Both the position numbers and the translations under genes were made by a program. The notes under the pieces are model-generated. The model was given only the letters and a program-made list of their open reading frames with translations, was not told the origin of the DNA and ran no database searches. This document shows, piece after piece, positions 1-8,523 of a DNA stretch of 34,820 nucleotides; the stretch's first letter is position 1; each line of letters starts with the position of its first letter. The DNA is from an uncultured Chloroflexia bacterium (GTDB lineage Bacteria; Chloroflexota; Anaerolineae; B4-G1; SLSP01), in contig CAVVUS010000007.1 in the NCBI GenBank assembly GCA_963751345.1, positions 1-34,820 of the forward strand, read 5' to 3'.

Positions 1-1
1 C

Positions 2-424
2 CTGGGACCCGACAAAGTGCGCGCTTCGTTCTATCACACGATCCGCCAGATCACGATCAACTGCCTGTGCCTCTGTCTTTTCGTGCCGTGGAGTCCCGAG
101 GAGCAGGTCAAGATCGTGCAGGCAGCGACGGGTTGGAATGTCTCGTCCTACGAGCTCTTCCGGGCGGGGGAGCGGGCGTTGGCGCTGGCGCGGGTTTTCA
201 ACGCGCGCGAGGGCTTTGGGCCGGAGGACGATCATCTGGCTGAGCGCAGCTACGGTCCCACGACCGGAGGGGCGTTGGCCGATGGTGGCATCGATCGCGA
301 GGCGCTGCGTTCCGCGATGCATACCTACTACGCGATGGCAGGGTGGGACGCCGAAACGGGCGTGCCGACCGAGGCAAAGCTCAACGAGCTCGATGTGGGG
401 TGGGCGGCGGCGTATCTGCCGTAG
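2..424 (+). CDS. Aldehyde:ferredoxin oxidoreductase family protein, C-terminal fragment (5' end outside window)
   Basis: Frame open from base 2; AOR C-terminal motifs CLF, ATGW, GER..LAR.FN.REG, YY..AGWD..TG.PT..KL.EL. Confidence 0.88.
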   Translation: MGPDKVRASFYHTIRQITINCLCLCLFVPWSPEEQVKIVQAATGWNVSSYELFRAGERALALARVFNAREGFGPEDDHLAERSYGPTTGGALADGGIDREALRSAMHTYYAMAGWDAETGVPTEAKLNELDVGWAAAYLP

Positions 425-435
425 CGTCCCGAATA

Positions 436-471
436 CAAAGACCGCACAGCTTAGTAGCTGTGCGGTCTTTG
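436..471. terminator. Bidirectional terminator-like hairpin between convergent AOR and csp genes
   Basis: Perfect 16-bp stem CAAAGACCGCACAGCT (436-451) / AGCTGTGCGGTCTTTG (456-471), loop TAGT, just after the AOR stop. Confidence 0.75.
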
Positions 472-509
472 AACTCACGGCTCACACCGTGACTCTCATT
501 GAGAGTGGA

Positions 510-740
510 CTAGAGCGCCTTCACGTTGGCCGCTTTTAGGCCCCGATCGGACTGCTCCACTGTGAACTCAACGCGCTGACCTTCCTGAAGCTCACGGTAG
601 CCGCCTACGCTGGTCTCCTGAATCGCTGAGAAGTGGACGAAGACATCCTCTCCACTATCGCGCGAAATGAAGCCAAAGCCTTTTCCGGCGTTAAACCACT
701 TGACGGTTCCGGTCTGCACTGCATTTTCTGTCTGTGACAA
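510..740 (-). CDS. cspA: Cold-shock protein (CspA family), about 76 aa
   Basis: [15 protein letters not shown] and [12 protein letters not shown] motifs; AAGGAG SD upstream of TTG at 740. The ORF-track start at 809 is probably too long; paralog identity is not resolvable. Confidence 0.93.
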   Translation of the reverse strand: MSQTENAVQTGTVKWFNAGKGFGFISRDSGEDVFVHFSAIQETSVGGYRELQEGQRVEFTVEQSDRGLKAANVKAL

Positions 741-785
741 AGTACTACGCTCCTTACATCTAAAGTGGACGAAGTTCGGCCGAAC

Positions 786-823
786 AAAAAAGGCCGCCCA
801 GCTCAGCAAGAGTGGGCGGCCTT
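786..823 (-). terminator. Intrinsic-terminator-like hairpin inside the csp 5' leader
   Basis: 11-bp GC-rich stem (plus 790-800 AAGGCCGCCCA / 813-823 TGGGCGGCCTT) ending in T6 on the minus strand; lies between promoter and start codon. Confidence 0.6.
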
Positions 824-908
824 GGGGTTCACGACCTACACTTACTTCGTCCTACATTCAGCAGTATACCACAGAACGACACAATGTCGAGTTACTCCAG
901 ACCCAGGG
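800..908. repeat. Long direct repeat flanking the IS, copy 1 (109 bp; last 3 bp overlap the IS end)
   Basis: 800-908 equals 2385-2493 except C817/T2402. Confidence 0.95.
863..890 (-). promoter_or_regulatory. Sigma70-type promoter of csp (copy 1)
   Basis: Minus strand TCGACA (885-890), 16 bp, TATACT (863-868) with extended -10 TG. Confidence 0.65.
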
Positions 909-915
909 GTGCATT

Positions 916-1866
916 CTAGGACGGGGGCAAGTTGTCGTAGGCCTTTGACCACAGGTCGTTGAAGCGCGCCCTACCGGACATCACGGCCATACGCACCGGC
1001 AATAGGTTCTCGGCCCCCTGGCGACTCCAGCGCATTCCCGGTCCGGTGAAGCGGGCCTTGAACTGCTTGGCCGCACTCTCCACCGCCCCGCTGCCAATCG
1101 GCCAGCCCGCGTCACGCAGGTCCTGGTAGTGCATGCGGTCGCGATTGTTACGGAAGTAGCCTCCGGCCGTGCGCAGCGCCTTGGCGCGCTCTTCATCCGC
1201 TTCATGCTCCGCACTGGCCAAGAGATTCCGGGCGATCTGTTCGGCGTGCCCTTGGAAGAGCGCCTTGCGGCTGCGGTTATACCACTGGGTGCCGGCGAGT
1301 CCTCCTTCAGGGTACAGCAGCCCCTGGGCCGCGCTCAGATGATCCAGGGCATGCCACCAATCCACCCCCGCCACACTCGTATGAAAGTGTTCCTGATGCA
1401 GCCCCCAGATCCACGGAGCACCATCACCCAGCATCTGCGTGTCACACGCTTTGACCCACCCCCGCCGTTGCGCCTCCGCCCACACCTCCTTCCCGAAGGG
1501 TTCCGGCCCCCCGAGATGCGCCACGTAGCTCATGCCCACGGCGTGACCAAACTCGCCTTCATCCCCCGTGACCTCATCCACCCGGTGCTCCAACTCGACC
1601 CGGTAGACGGTCCCGATCTTGCACTCCTTCCACCCTTCGTCCCGGATATGCACCATCGCCCCATCTACGGCCACGCCCATCCGCTGCTGAGCGTCGGGGC
1701 GACCGCCGGGGGTGCTCCACTCCCGTGTGGCGGCCTTCTGCTGTTCTACTTCGCGTGCCAGTTCCTCTCCGATGCGCGTGCCCCACGCCTGACCGATGTA
1801 CCAGCTACTACTGGGCGCCAGCCGGATCTGGCCGATATCCGCCAACATCCTGGCTCGCTTCGGCAT
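916..1866 (-). CDS. ISKra4-family transposase, catalytic (DDE) part
   Basis: Motifs VAVDG, WKECKIG, GDGAPWIW, DWWHALDHL, PIGSGAVESAAK...GMRWS. The ORF start is probably artificial; it connects to the upstream ORF through frameshifts at about 1958 and 1855. Confidence 0.88.
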   Translation of the reverse strand: MPKRARMLADIGQIRLAPSSSWYIGQAWGTRIGEELAREVEQQKAATREWSTPGGRPDAQQRMGVAVDGAMVHIRDEGWKECKIGTVYRVELEHRVDEVTGDEGEFGHAVGMSYVAHLGGPEPFGKEVWAEAQRRGWVKACDTQMLGDGAPWIWGLHQEHFHTSVAGVDWWHALDHLSAAQGLLYPEGGLAGTQWYNRSRKALFQGHAEQIARNLLASAEHEADEERAKALRTAGGYFRNNRDRMHYQDLRDAGWPIGSGAVESAAKQFKARFTGPGMRWSRQGAENLLPVRMAVMSGRARFNDLWSKAYDNLPPS

Positions 1867-1946
1867 ACGGCAGACGCGCCACGACGCCCGTCACCAGCCT
1901 TTGCAGATGTGGACTCCACGGCGTACGCCGCAAGAGCCCCAGCGCC

Positions 1947-2318
1947 TCATCCAGGGGGAAAAACGCCCCGTTGACACTCGGGGCAGTAGTAGTGACCGCG
2001 TTCTAGATCGGTCTCTCCGATACTACTCACCACCCGTCGCTGTTTCTGCCCTTTGTAGCGCATCTCCGCCCCGCACTCCGCACAGCGGGGGCCCGGCACC
2101 GGTCGCACCTCTTCCCGCTGCCCGATCAGGGCTTGCATCAAGGCCTCGCCATACTTCTTCCGGGCCTCCAGCACCACCTCCTCAAGTTCTGCAAACGTCG
2201 CGTGCGGGTGGGCTGCCTGCCACGCGCTCACTTCCGTGTCAATGGTCGCCACGACTTCCTTCATGGCCGCTTGCAGTTCGGCTGCCTTCCGCTCTTCATA
2301 CGTCTTGTTGTCTGCCAC
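1947..2318 (-). CDS. ISKra4-family transposase, N-terminal ORF
   Basis: AGGAGGTG SD before GTG 2318; TFAELEE, CAECG...YYCPEC Cys motifs; ends at a TTTTTCCCCC run. Confidence 0.8.
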   Translation of the reverse strand: MADNKTYEERKAAELQAAMKEVVATIDTEVSAWQAAHPHATFAELEEVVLEARKKYGEALMQALIGQREEVRPVPGPRCAECGAEMRYKGQKQRRVVSSIGETDLERGHYYCPECQRGVFPPG

Positions 2319-2384
2319 GCTTCACCTCCTGGGCTTTGCCAGACCATTGTCTCTCTTTTGCCCCAGAGGTGAAATGCACCCCAG

Positions 2385-2493
2385 AGCTCAGCAAGAGTGG
2401 GTGGCCTTGGGGTTCACGACCTACACTTACTTCGTCCTACATTCAGCAGTATACCACAGAACGACACAATGTCGAGTTACTCCAGACCCAGGG
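2385..2493. repeat. Long direct repeat flanking the IS, copy 2
   Basis: Identical to 800-908 apart from one base; starts 2 nt after the right IR. Confidence 0.95.
2448..2475 (-). promoter_or_regulatory. Duplicated csp promoter (copy 2) pointing into the transposase
   Basis: TCGACA (2470-2475), 16 bp, TATACT (2448-2453) on the minus strand, about 130 bp upstream of the transposase GTG. Confidence 0.6.
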
Positions 2494-2503
2494 CGAATCT
2501 ATG

Positions 2504-4522
2504 TTAGGCGGAGATCCCGACCTCGGCCCGCTCCCAACGCGCCATCAGGCGGGCCAGTTCGGCTTCGACCTCTCTGTACTCGCGGTCGAGCGACTGCACT
2601 TGGTCCCACTCTTTCCCCTCGGTAGCGACGACCATCTGCCGGGCGAGGGCGTCCAGCCGCGCTTCCAGCTCGTGAATGGCTACGATGAGCGCGTCGATGT
2701 CAACCGGCGGCTTGGCGGTCGCGCCCTCCGTTCCATGTCGTCGAGTCTCTTTGCTTGTGGCTTCTGCCTCTGCAGCGGCCTTTCTCGCAGCGAGGGCTGC
2801 CTTCTCCGCATCACGGGCTGCGAGGTAGGCGGTGTAGTTCCCCGGATAGACGTGTAGGCGCCCGTCGCGCAGTTCCCACACCTGCGTGGCAAGCCGGTCG
2901 ATCAGATAGCGGTCGTGCGAAACCATCAACACGGTGCCCTGAAAGTTGCTGAGCGCGTCTTCCAGCATCTCCTGCGCCTCGATGTCCAGATGGTTGGTCG
3001 GCTCGTCCAGCAGCAGGAAGTTCACCGGCTGGAGGGCGAGAACCAGCAGCGCGAATCGCCCGCGCTCGCCGCCACTCAGCGCGCTCATTGGCTTGAAGAC
3101 GTCGTCGCCACGGAAGAGATAATGCGCCAGGACGTTGCGCGCTTCGCCAAGTCCCATGCGCTGGTATGCCTGGAGTTCGTCGAGCACAGTCTGGTCCGGG
3201 TCCAGGATCTCGTACGCTTGGGCGAAGTAGCGGATGTCGAGATTGGCGCCCAAGGTCAGCCGGCCCTTCACCAGCGGCAATTCGTCCAGGAGCGTGCGTA
3301 GAAACGTAGATTTCCCGGTGCCGTTTGCACCGATCAGAGCGGCGCATTCACCGCGGTGGAGCAGGAGCTCGTCGATCTCGAAGAGCGGTGTGCCCGGATA
3401 GCCGATCGCCACGTCACGCGCGCGGAGTACCTCGTTGCCGCCCCGCTGACTCATACGGAGACGGAGCCTGAACCGGTCGGTCGACGGGTCCGGAGCGCGT
3501 AGCGCTTTGACGGCGTGTTCGATCTCCGGAACGTCCCAGGTCCGCTTGGAGATCGCGGGGCCATCCTCCATGAACTCGCTCCACTTCTGGCTGAGCGCCT
3601 CGGTGCCCCCCAACGCCACCGCCTGGACCGCACGCGCCAGGCGCTTGAGTCGGCCTTTTGCCTGGTCGGAGCCGCTCGGCATAAAGCGTTTGATGTACTC
3701 CAGCTCCTTGAGGAAGCGCTCCTCGACCGCAGCAAACTCCTTGATGCGCCACGCCCAGCGTTCCTCACGTTGCATCACATAGGCCGTATAGTTCCCGCGA
3801 TAGGTCTCCAGTCCCAGCCCCCGCATCTCCCAGATGACGTTAACCACTTGGTCGAGAAAGTAGCGGTCATGGCTGACTACCAGGACGGCGCCGTCCCAGC
3901 GCTGTAGCGCCGACTCCAACCATCCGACGGCCTCAATGTCCAGATGGTTGGTGGGCTCGTCGAGGACGAGGAGATCCGGCTGCTCCAAGAGCAGGCGTGC
4001 CAGGAGCGCCCGCGTCTTCTGACCTCCGCTGCAATGGGCCAACGGCATGTGCTGCTGCTCGTCCTGGAAACCCAGGCCGGTGAGTACCTGCTGGATGCGG
4101 AGCTCGTACTCGTAGCCGCCATCCCTGGCGAAGGCCTCCTGGGCCACGCCATACCGCTCCAACAGCGCCTCGGTGTCGCCGCCGTCAGCCATCGCGGCTT
4201 CCATCCTGTGCAGCGCTGTCTCCCGGGCGCGCAGCTCAGTGAAGACGGTGAGCATTTCCTCGAAGACCGTGTGCTGGGGTGCGAGGAAGGCGTCGGCAGC
4301 TTCCTGCTCCAGGATGCCAATTCGAGTGCCCTTGGCGAGGGTCACGGTGCCGGCGGTTGCCGGCTCCCGTCCGACGAGGACTCGCATCAGTGTGGTCTTG
4401 CCCACACCGTTAGGGCCCACCAGGCCGATGCGCGCACCGCGCGGCACGTCGCCCGAGAGGCCTGCGAAGATGTCCAGGTCACCGAATGCTTTGCCGAGAT
4501 CGCGGAAACTCACTACCGACAT
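2504..4522 (-). CDS. ABC-F family ribosome-associated ATPase
   Basis: Two ABC domains (GPNGVGKT / SGGQ / LDEPTNHLD / VSHDRYFLD and GANGTGKS / LSGGE / LDEPTNHLD), no TM segments, C-terminal coiled coil; GAGGTG SD. Confidence 0.95.
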   Translation of the reverse strand: MSVVSFRDLGKAFGDLDIFAGLSGDVPRGARIGLVGPNGVGKTTLMRVLVGREPATAGTVTLAKGTRIGILEQEAADAFLAPQHTVFEEMLTVFTELRARETALHRMEAAMADGGDTEALLERYGVAQEAFARDGGYEYELRIQQVLTGLGFQDEQQHMPLAHCSGGQKTRALLARLLLEQPDLLVLDEPTNHLDIEAVGWLESALQRWDGAVLVVSHDRYFLDQVVNVIWEMRGLGLETYRGNYTAYVMQREERWAWRIKEFAAVEERFLKELEYIKRFMPSGSDQAKGRLKRLARAVQAVALGGTEALSQKWSEFMEDGPAISKRTWDVPEIEHAVKALRAPDPSTDRFRLRLRMSQRGGNEVLRARDVAIGYPGTPLFEIDELLLHRGECAALIGANGTGKSTFLRTLLDELPLVKGRLTLGANLDIRYFAQAYEILDPDQTVLDELQAYQRMGLGEARNVLAHYLFRGDDVFKPMSALSGGERGRFALLVLALQPVNFLLLDEPTNHLDIEAQEMLEDALSNFQGTVLMVSHDRYLIDRLATQVWELRDGRLHVYPGNYTAYLAARDAEKAALAARKAAAEAEATSKETRRHGTEGATAKPPVDIDALIVAIHELEARLDALARQMVVATEGKEWDQVQSLDREYREVEAELARLMARWERAEVGISA

Positions 4523-4548
4523 GCTTCACCTCACCGATTGCATACAAA

Positions 4549-4577
4549 CAGCCGCGGGCTGGGTGCGCCCGCGGCTG
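4549..4577 (-). terminator. Second GC-rich hairpin in the ABC-F leader
   Basis: 11-bp stem CAGCCGCGGGC / GCCCGCGGCTG followed by TTTGTAT on the minus strand. Confidence 0.45.
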
Positions 4578-4596
4578 GGTTTCTGCTTGGATCAAC

Positions 4597-4631
4597 AAAA
4601 AAAGCGTGGGCGGTTGTGCGCCCACGCTTTT
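4597..4631 (-). terminator. Premature intrinsic terminator in the ABC-F leader
   Basis: 13-bp stem (plus 4600-4612 / 4619-4631) ending in a T7 tract on the minus strand. Confidence 0.75.
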
Positions 4632-4659
4632 GGCTGTGATTGATCGTCACGCAGGCGCA

Positions 4660-4722
4660 CTACGACAAGGAATCCTCCCCGTCGTCTCTGACTGCCAGAT
4701 AAACCCGTGCCTTGTCGAGCAT
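4660..4722 (-). CDS. Putative leader peptide(s): MLDKARVYLAVRDDGEDSLS* with nested in-frame TTG-TCG-TAG mini-ORF (4660-4668)
   Basis: Open frame from ATG 4722 to TAG 4660; strong SD GGGGAGG (4674-4680) 5 nt before TTG 4668; directly precedes the antiterminator arm. Confidence 0.45.
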   Translation of the reverse strand: MLDKARVYLAVRDDGEDSLS

Positions 4723-4779
4723 GCTTTGTGTGCCTGTATCCCTGCTATCATCAGGCGTGCATCTCACGCCATCAAGAAC

Positions 4780-4807
4780 ATTATAGCCGATCCTCGGGAT
4801 TGCACAA
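4780..4807 (-). promoter_or_regulatory. Sigma70-type promoter of the ABC-F leader
   Basis: TTGTGC (4802-4807), 16 bp, perfect TATAAT (4780-4785). Confidence 0.6.
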
Positions 4808-5136
4808 GTCCGGACCCCGTCGCAGGATATCTTTCGCCTTGGGGCAAGCCTGCAGCCCCGAAAATGGGTTCGTTTCGCAAAATGGGGGGGCGGCGAACCC
4901 CTCAGATGTGTAGTCGACCATTTGTTCTATTGTACAACAAGATGGTCGCGCGGTCTAGAGGCCAAGAGGGATTTCGTCGCGAGAGCAAGACGACCGGTAA
5001 TGCCAGACCGCGGGCAGGGTGGATCCTGAAAGATCGTAGTGCAGTAAGGAGAATCCCGATAGTGTCAAGACATCGTGCGACGACTGGCAGTTAGGTGCCA
5101 ACAAGCTAGAATACGGCAGGAGTTGGATCTGATACA

Positions 5137-6472
5137 GTGGAGAGAAGGACGGCTAACACTGTGACAACGGAAGATCGAATGAGTGAGTTTGAGGTGGCAG
5201 ACTCCCACCTGACGGACGAGGAGGCCGAACGGGGTCGCGTGGAGGAAGATGGCCACGAGCGCCGGCGCTACCTCGAGGCTATCTTGGCGGCCGCTCCGGA
5301 TGCGGTCATCGCACTGGACCTTGACCACCGCGTGCTGGAATGGAACCCCGGTGCCGAGCGCCTCTTCGGCTATTCGGCCAAGGAGGCCGTAGGTAAGCTG
5401 CTGAACACCTTGATCGCTGGGCCGAAGACGCCTGTGGCCGAGGAGGCTATCGCATACACGCAGGCAGTGAGCGATGGGCTGCCCATCGCTGGTGTCGAGA
5501 CCATCCGTTATGGCAAGGACGGCACCGCGATTCCGGTTGTTCTTTCGGCTGCGCCCACGCTGATCGAGGATCGTGTGGTTGGGGCAGTCGGCATCTACAC
5601 CGACATTTCCCAGCAGAGGGCGGCGGAGGAAGCGCTACGCACCAGCGCCCAGCTTCGCGAGGCACGAGACCTCTTGGAAGTTCGGGTGAAGGCCCGCACG
5701 GCTGAGCTGACACAGGCCAATGAGGAGATCCGGCAGTTTGCCTACATTGTCTCGCACGACCTTCGGGCGCCGTTGGTCAATCTTAAGGGTTTTTCCACTG
5801 AGCTGAGGTATGCGCTGGATGAGGTGCGGGAGGTACTACCGACGGCTGAGCCCTATCTCGACCCACCACAGCGAGAGCGGCTGCGCCGCGCGCTCGACGA
5901 AGATGCGACGGAGGCACTCGACTTCATCGAGAGCTCCGTCAGCCGAATGGATCACTTTATCAGCGCCGTGCTGACGCTTTCGCGGCTCGGGCACCGCGAG
6001 CTCCGGCCCGAGGATCTGGACGTCGAAGCGCTGGTTCACGAGGCGTTGATTCCCCTGACCCATCAAATCGAGCAGTATCGGGTGACCGTCACGGTTGGCG
6101 ATCTGCCGCGGATCACGGCCGATCGCACGTCGATGGAGCAGATCATGGGCAACATCCTTGGAAATGCCTTGAAGTACTTGGTGCCGGATCGGCCCGGCGA
6201 ACTGTGTATTACCGCCGATGAGTCGCCGGAGTGGGTCGCGTTCCATATTCGGGACAATGGTCGCGGGATCGCCGAGGATGACATGCCCAAAGTCTTCGCA
6301 CCGTTCCGTCGTGCCGGACGCCAGGATGTACCCGGCGACGGCATGGGTCTGGCCTACGTGCAGGCCCTGATACGTCGGTCATGGCGGCCACATTTGGTGT
6401 GAATCCGAGCTGGGAGTGGGTACGACCTTCCATTTCACGATCGCAAAGCAAGAGGTGGTCTGTGCAAGTTGA
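5137..6472 (+). CDS. PAS-domain sensor histidine kinase (one frameshift near 6379)
   Basis: PAS (WNPGAERLFGYS), H-box VSHDLRAPL, N-box NALKY, DNGRGI, GMGL; the alternate frame continues HGGHIWCESELGVGTTFHFTI to TGA 6470-6472. Start may be 5161 or 5179. Confidence 0.88.
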
Positions 6473-6906
6473 TCAGGTGGTTATTCTGTTGGTTGAGGAC
6501 AACCCCGGACACGCCCGTCTCATCGTCAAGAACCTCCGGCGTGCCGGCATCAACAACGAGATCGTGATTGCGGACGATGGCCAGAAGGCGTTGGATTTCC
6601 TCTTTGGCGAGGGCGACTACGCCGGACAGGAACCCGCCGCGCCACTGATGGTGCTGCTTGACCTCAACCTCCCGGTACTGGATGGCTATCAGGTGTTGCA
6701 GCGGATGAAGGCGGACAAGCGGACACGGCGTATTCCGGTGATTATCCTCACCACCACAGACGACACACGCGAGGTCTCACGGTGCTATGAACTCGGCTGC
6801 AGTGTTTACATCACCAAACCGGTGGATTACACTAAGTTCAGTGAAGCCATCCAGCGCATAGGGCTCTTCCTCACCGTCGTAACGGTGCCTACAGAGGTCG
6901 CCGTGA
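6462..6906 (+). CDS. Receiver-domain response regulator (Rcp1-like)
   Basis: GAGGTG SD plus GTG 6462; ILLVEDN, LLDLNLP..DG, IPVIILTT, YITKPVD. As read it runs in frame into the next receiver; end inferred from a GTGA overlap at 6903-6906. Confidence 0.8.
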
Positions 6907-8460
6907 CCGGCGAACCCAAGATCCGTATTCTATTGATGGAGGATGACCCTGGCCTGGTGCGGCTCTTCGAGCGACGTCTGGCTCGGGCCGGCTACGAGGT
7001 CACGGCGGCTACGAACGGCGAGGAGGGGCTGGCGATGTATGCGGCGCATGACTACGACGTGGTCGTTCTCGACCACGTGATGCCGACGATGACGGGGCTC
7101 GACGTGCTTCGCACTTTGAAGGAACGGGGCCGCTTCCTCCCTGCATCATGGTCACCGGAACCGGCAGCGAGCAGATCGCGGTGCAAGCGCTCAAGTTAGG
7201 TGCCAGTGACTATGTCGTCAAAGATGTCGACGGCGGATACCTGGAATTGTTGCCCGCCGTGATCGAGCAGGCAGTACAGCAGGCGCGTTTGCAGCGTGAG
7301 CGGATCGCCGTGGAAACTGCGCTGCGTGAAAATCAGCGGATGCTTTCTACGCTTATGGACAATCTTCCCGGCATGGCCTATCGATGTCAAAATGATGCAG
7401 AGTGGACGATGGAATTCGTGAGTAGCGGATGTAAGTCACTCACCGGTTATCCGGCCGCCGACTTATCGGCAGCCACGGCATGAGTTATGCCGGGATCATC
7501 CATCCCATAGACCGGGCCTACGTCCGTCGAGCTATTAAGGAGGGTCTGCAGGAGAGACGGCCATTCCAGTGTGAATATCGGATCGTGACTGCTTCCGGCG
7601 AGGAACGCTGGGTCTGGGAGCGTGGTGTGGGGATCGAGGAGGATGGAGGCATCGGCGCGTTTGAGGGGTTTGTTACTGACGTGACGGATCGCCGGGTCGC
7701 CGAGTTGAGACTACGTGACTACGCCGAACACCTTGAGGAGATGGTGGTGGCGCGAACACGTGCGCTGCAGAAGGCACAGACACAACTGGTCCGGCGCGAG
7801 AAGCTGGCCGTCCTGGGGCAGATGGCCGGCACCCTTGGACACGAGTTGCGAACCCCGCTGGCGGTGATCAAGAATGCTATCTATCTCCTTCGCATCGAGA
7901 TGCCTGAACTCCGGGCTGTGTCGCCGACGCGCTGGACATGATCGATACGGAGGCCGGGACGGCCAATCGTATCGTGAGTAACCTGCTGGACTTCGCGAGG
8001 ACGGGCACGATGCATCCGCTCTCGATAGAACCTGGAACGTTGGTCTCAAGCGCTATCACACGGGTTTCGGTTCCCGACGGTGTACAGGTCGTTGTTGACG
8101 TACCCGCTGAGGTGTCGAGTCTATTGGCTGACCCGGTCCAGATGGAACAGGTGCTGGTCAATCTCATCACTAATGCGTATCAGGCAATGCCCGATGGTGG
8201 GACGCTCACGCTTCGTGCGCGCGACCACTCGGATGGCGGATGTCCTGCTATCGGTCGCCGACACAGGCTGTGGCATGACCACAGAAACGATGGATCAGCT
8301 CTTCGAGCCGCTCTTCACCACCAAGCCGAAGGGCATCGGGTTGGGCCTGGCGCTCTGCAAACTCCACGTTGAGGCCAACGGCGGCACGATCAAGGCCGCG
8401 AGTACCGAGGGGGTCGGGACCACGTTCACGATCACGCTTCCGGTGGCGGACGTTCCGTAG
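6903..8460 (+). CDS. REC-PAS-histidine kinase hybrid, broken by about 4 frameshifts (near 7135, 7465, 7915, 8230)
   Basis: Consecutive fragments: ILLMEDD...VLDHVMP, ASDYVVKD, NLPGMAYRC...IHP.DR (PAS), LGHELRTPL, NLITNAYQAM, DTGCGM, GIGLGL. Confidence 0.8.
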
Positions 8461-8523
8461 TGCTTTCTATCGCCAGACACCTCACACGGCAGGCGTAAGC
8501 GCCTGCCGTGTGGTCCGGCCCAA

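Larger units (their letters stand above)
906..2382 (-). mobile_element. ISKra4-family (prokaryotic Mutator-like DDE) insertion sequence, about 1.48 kb
   Basis: Imperfect 25-bp terminal IRs GGGGTGCATTCTAGGACGGGGGCAA (906-930) and GGGGTGCATTTCACCTCTGGGGCAA (reverse complement of 2358-2382), 19/25 identical, GGG ends; they enclose the transposase, whose stop lies in the left IR. Confidence 0.88.

Noticed and set aside
800-2493. The 109-bp repeat as a CRISPR repeat, ncRNA gene pair or composite-transposon ends
   Set aside because: Only two copies, 1.5 kb apart, outside the IRs; the content is the csp promoter/leader; no spacers or cas genes.
4861-4885. AAAATGGGTTCGTTTCGCAAAATGG, reminiscent of a dispersed intergenic motif
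   Set aside because: Single copy in the window; repeat status cannot be supported without a genome-wide search.
4916-4927. GACC-ATTT-GTTC as a LexA (GAAC-N4-GTTC) box
   Set aside because: One mismatch, not overlapping an identified promoter, and no SOS gene adjacent.
6381-7199. Novel tandem REC-REC fusion protein
   Set aside because: An SD-like GAGGT and a GTGA start/stop overlap at 6903-6906 suggest two coupled genes fused by an indel in an error-rich read.
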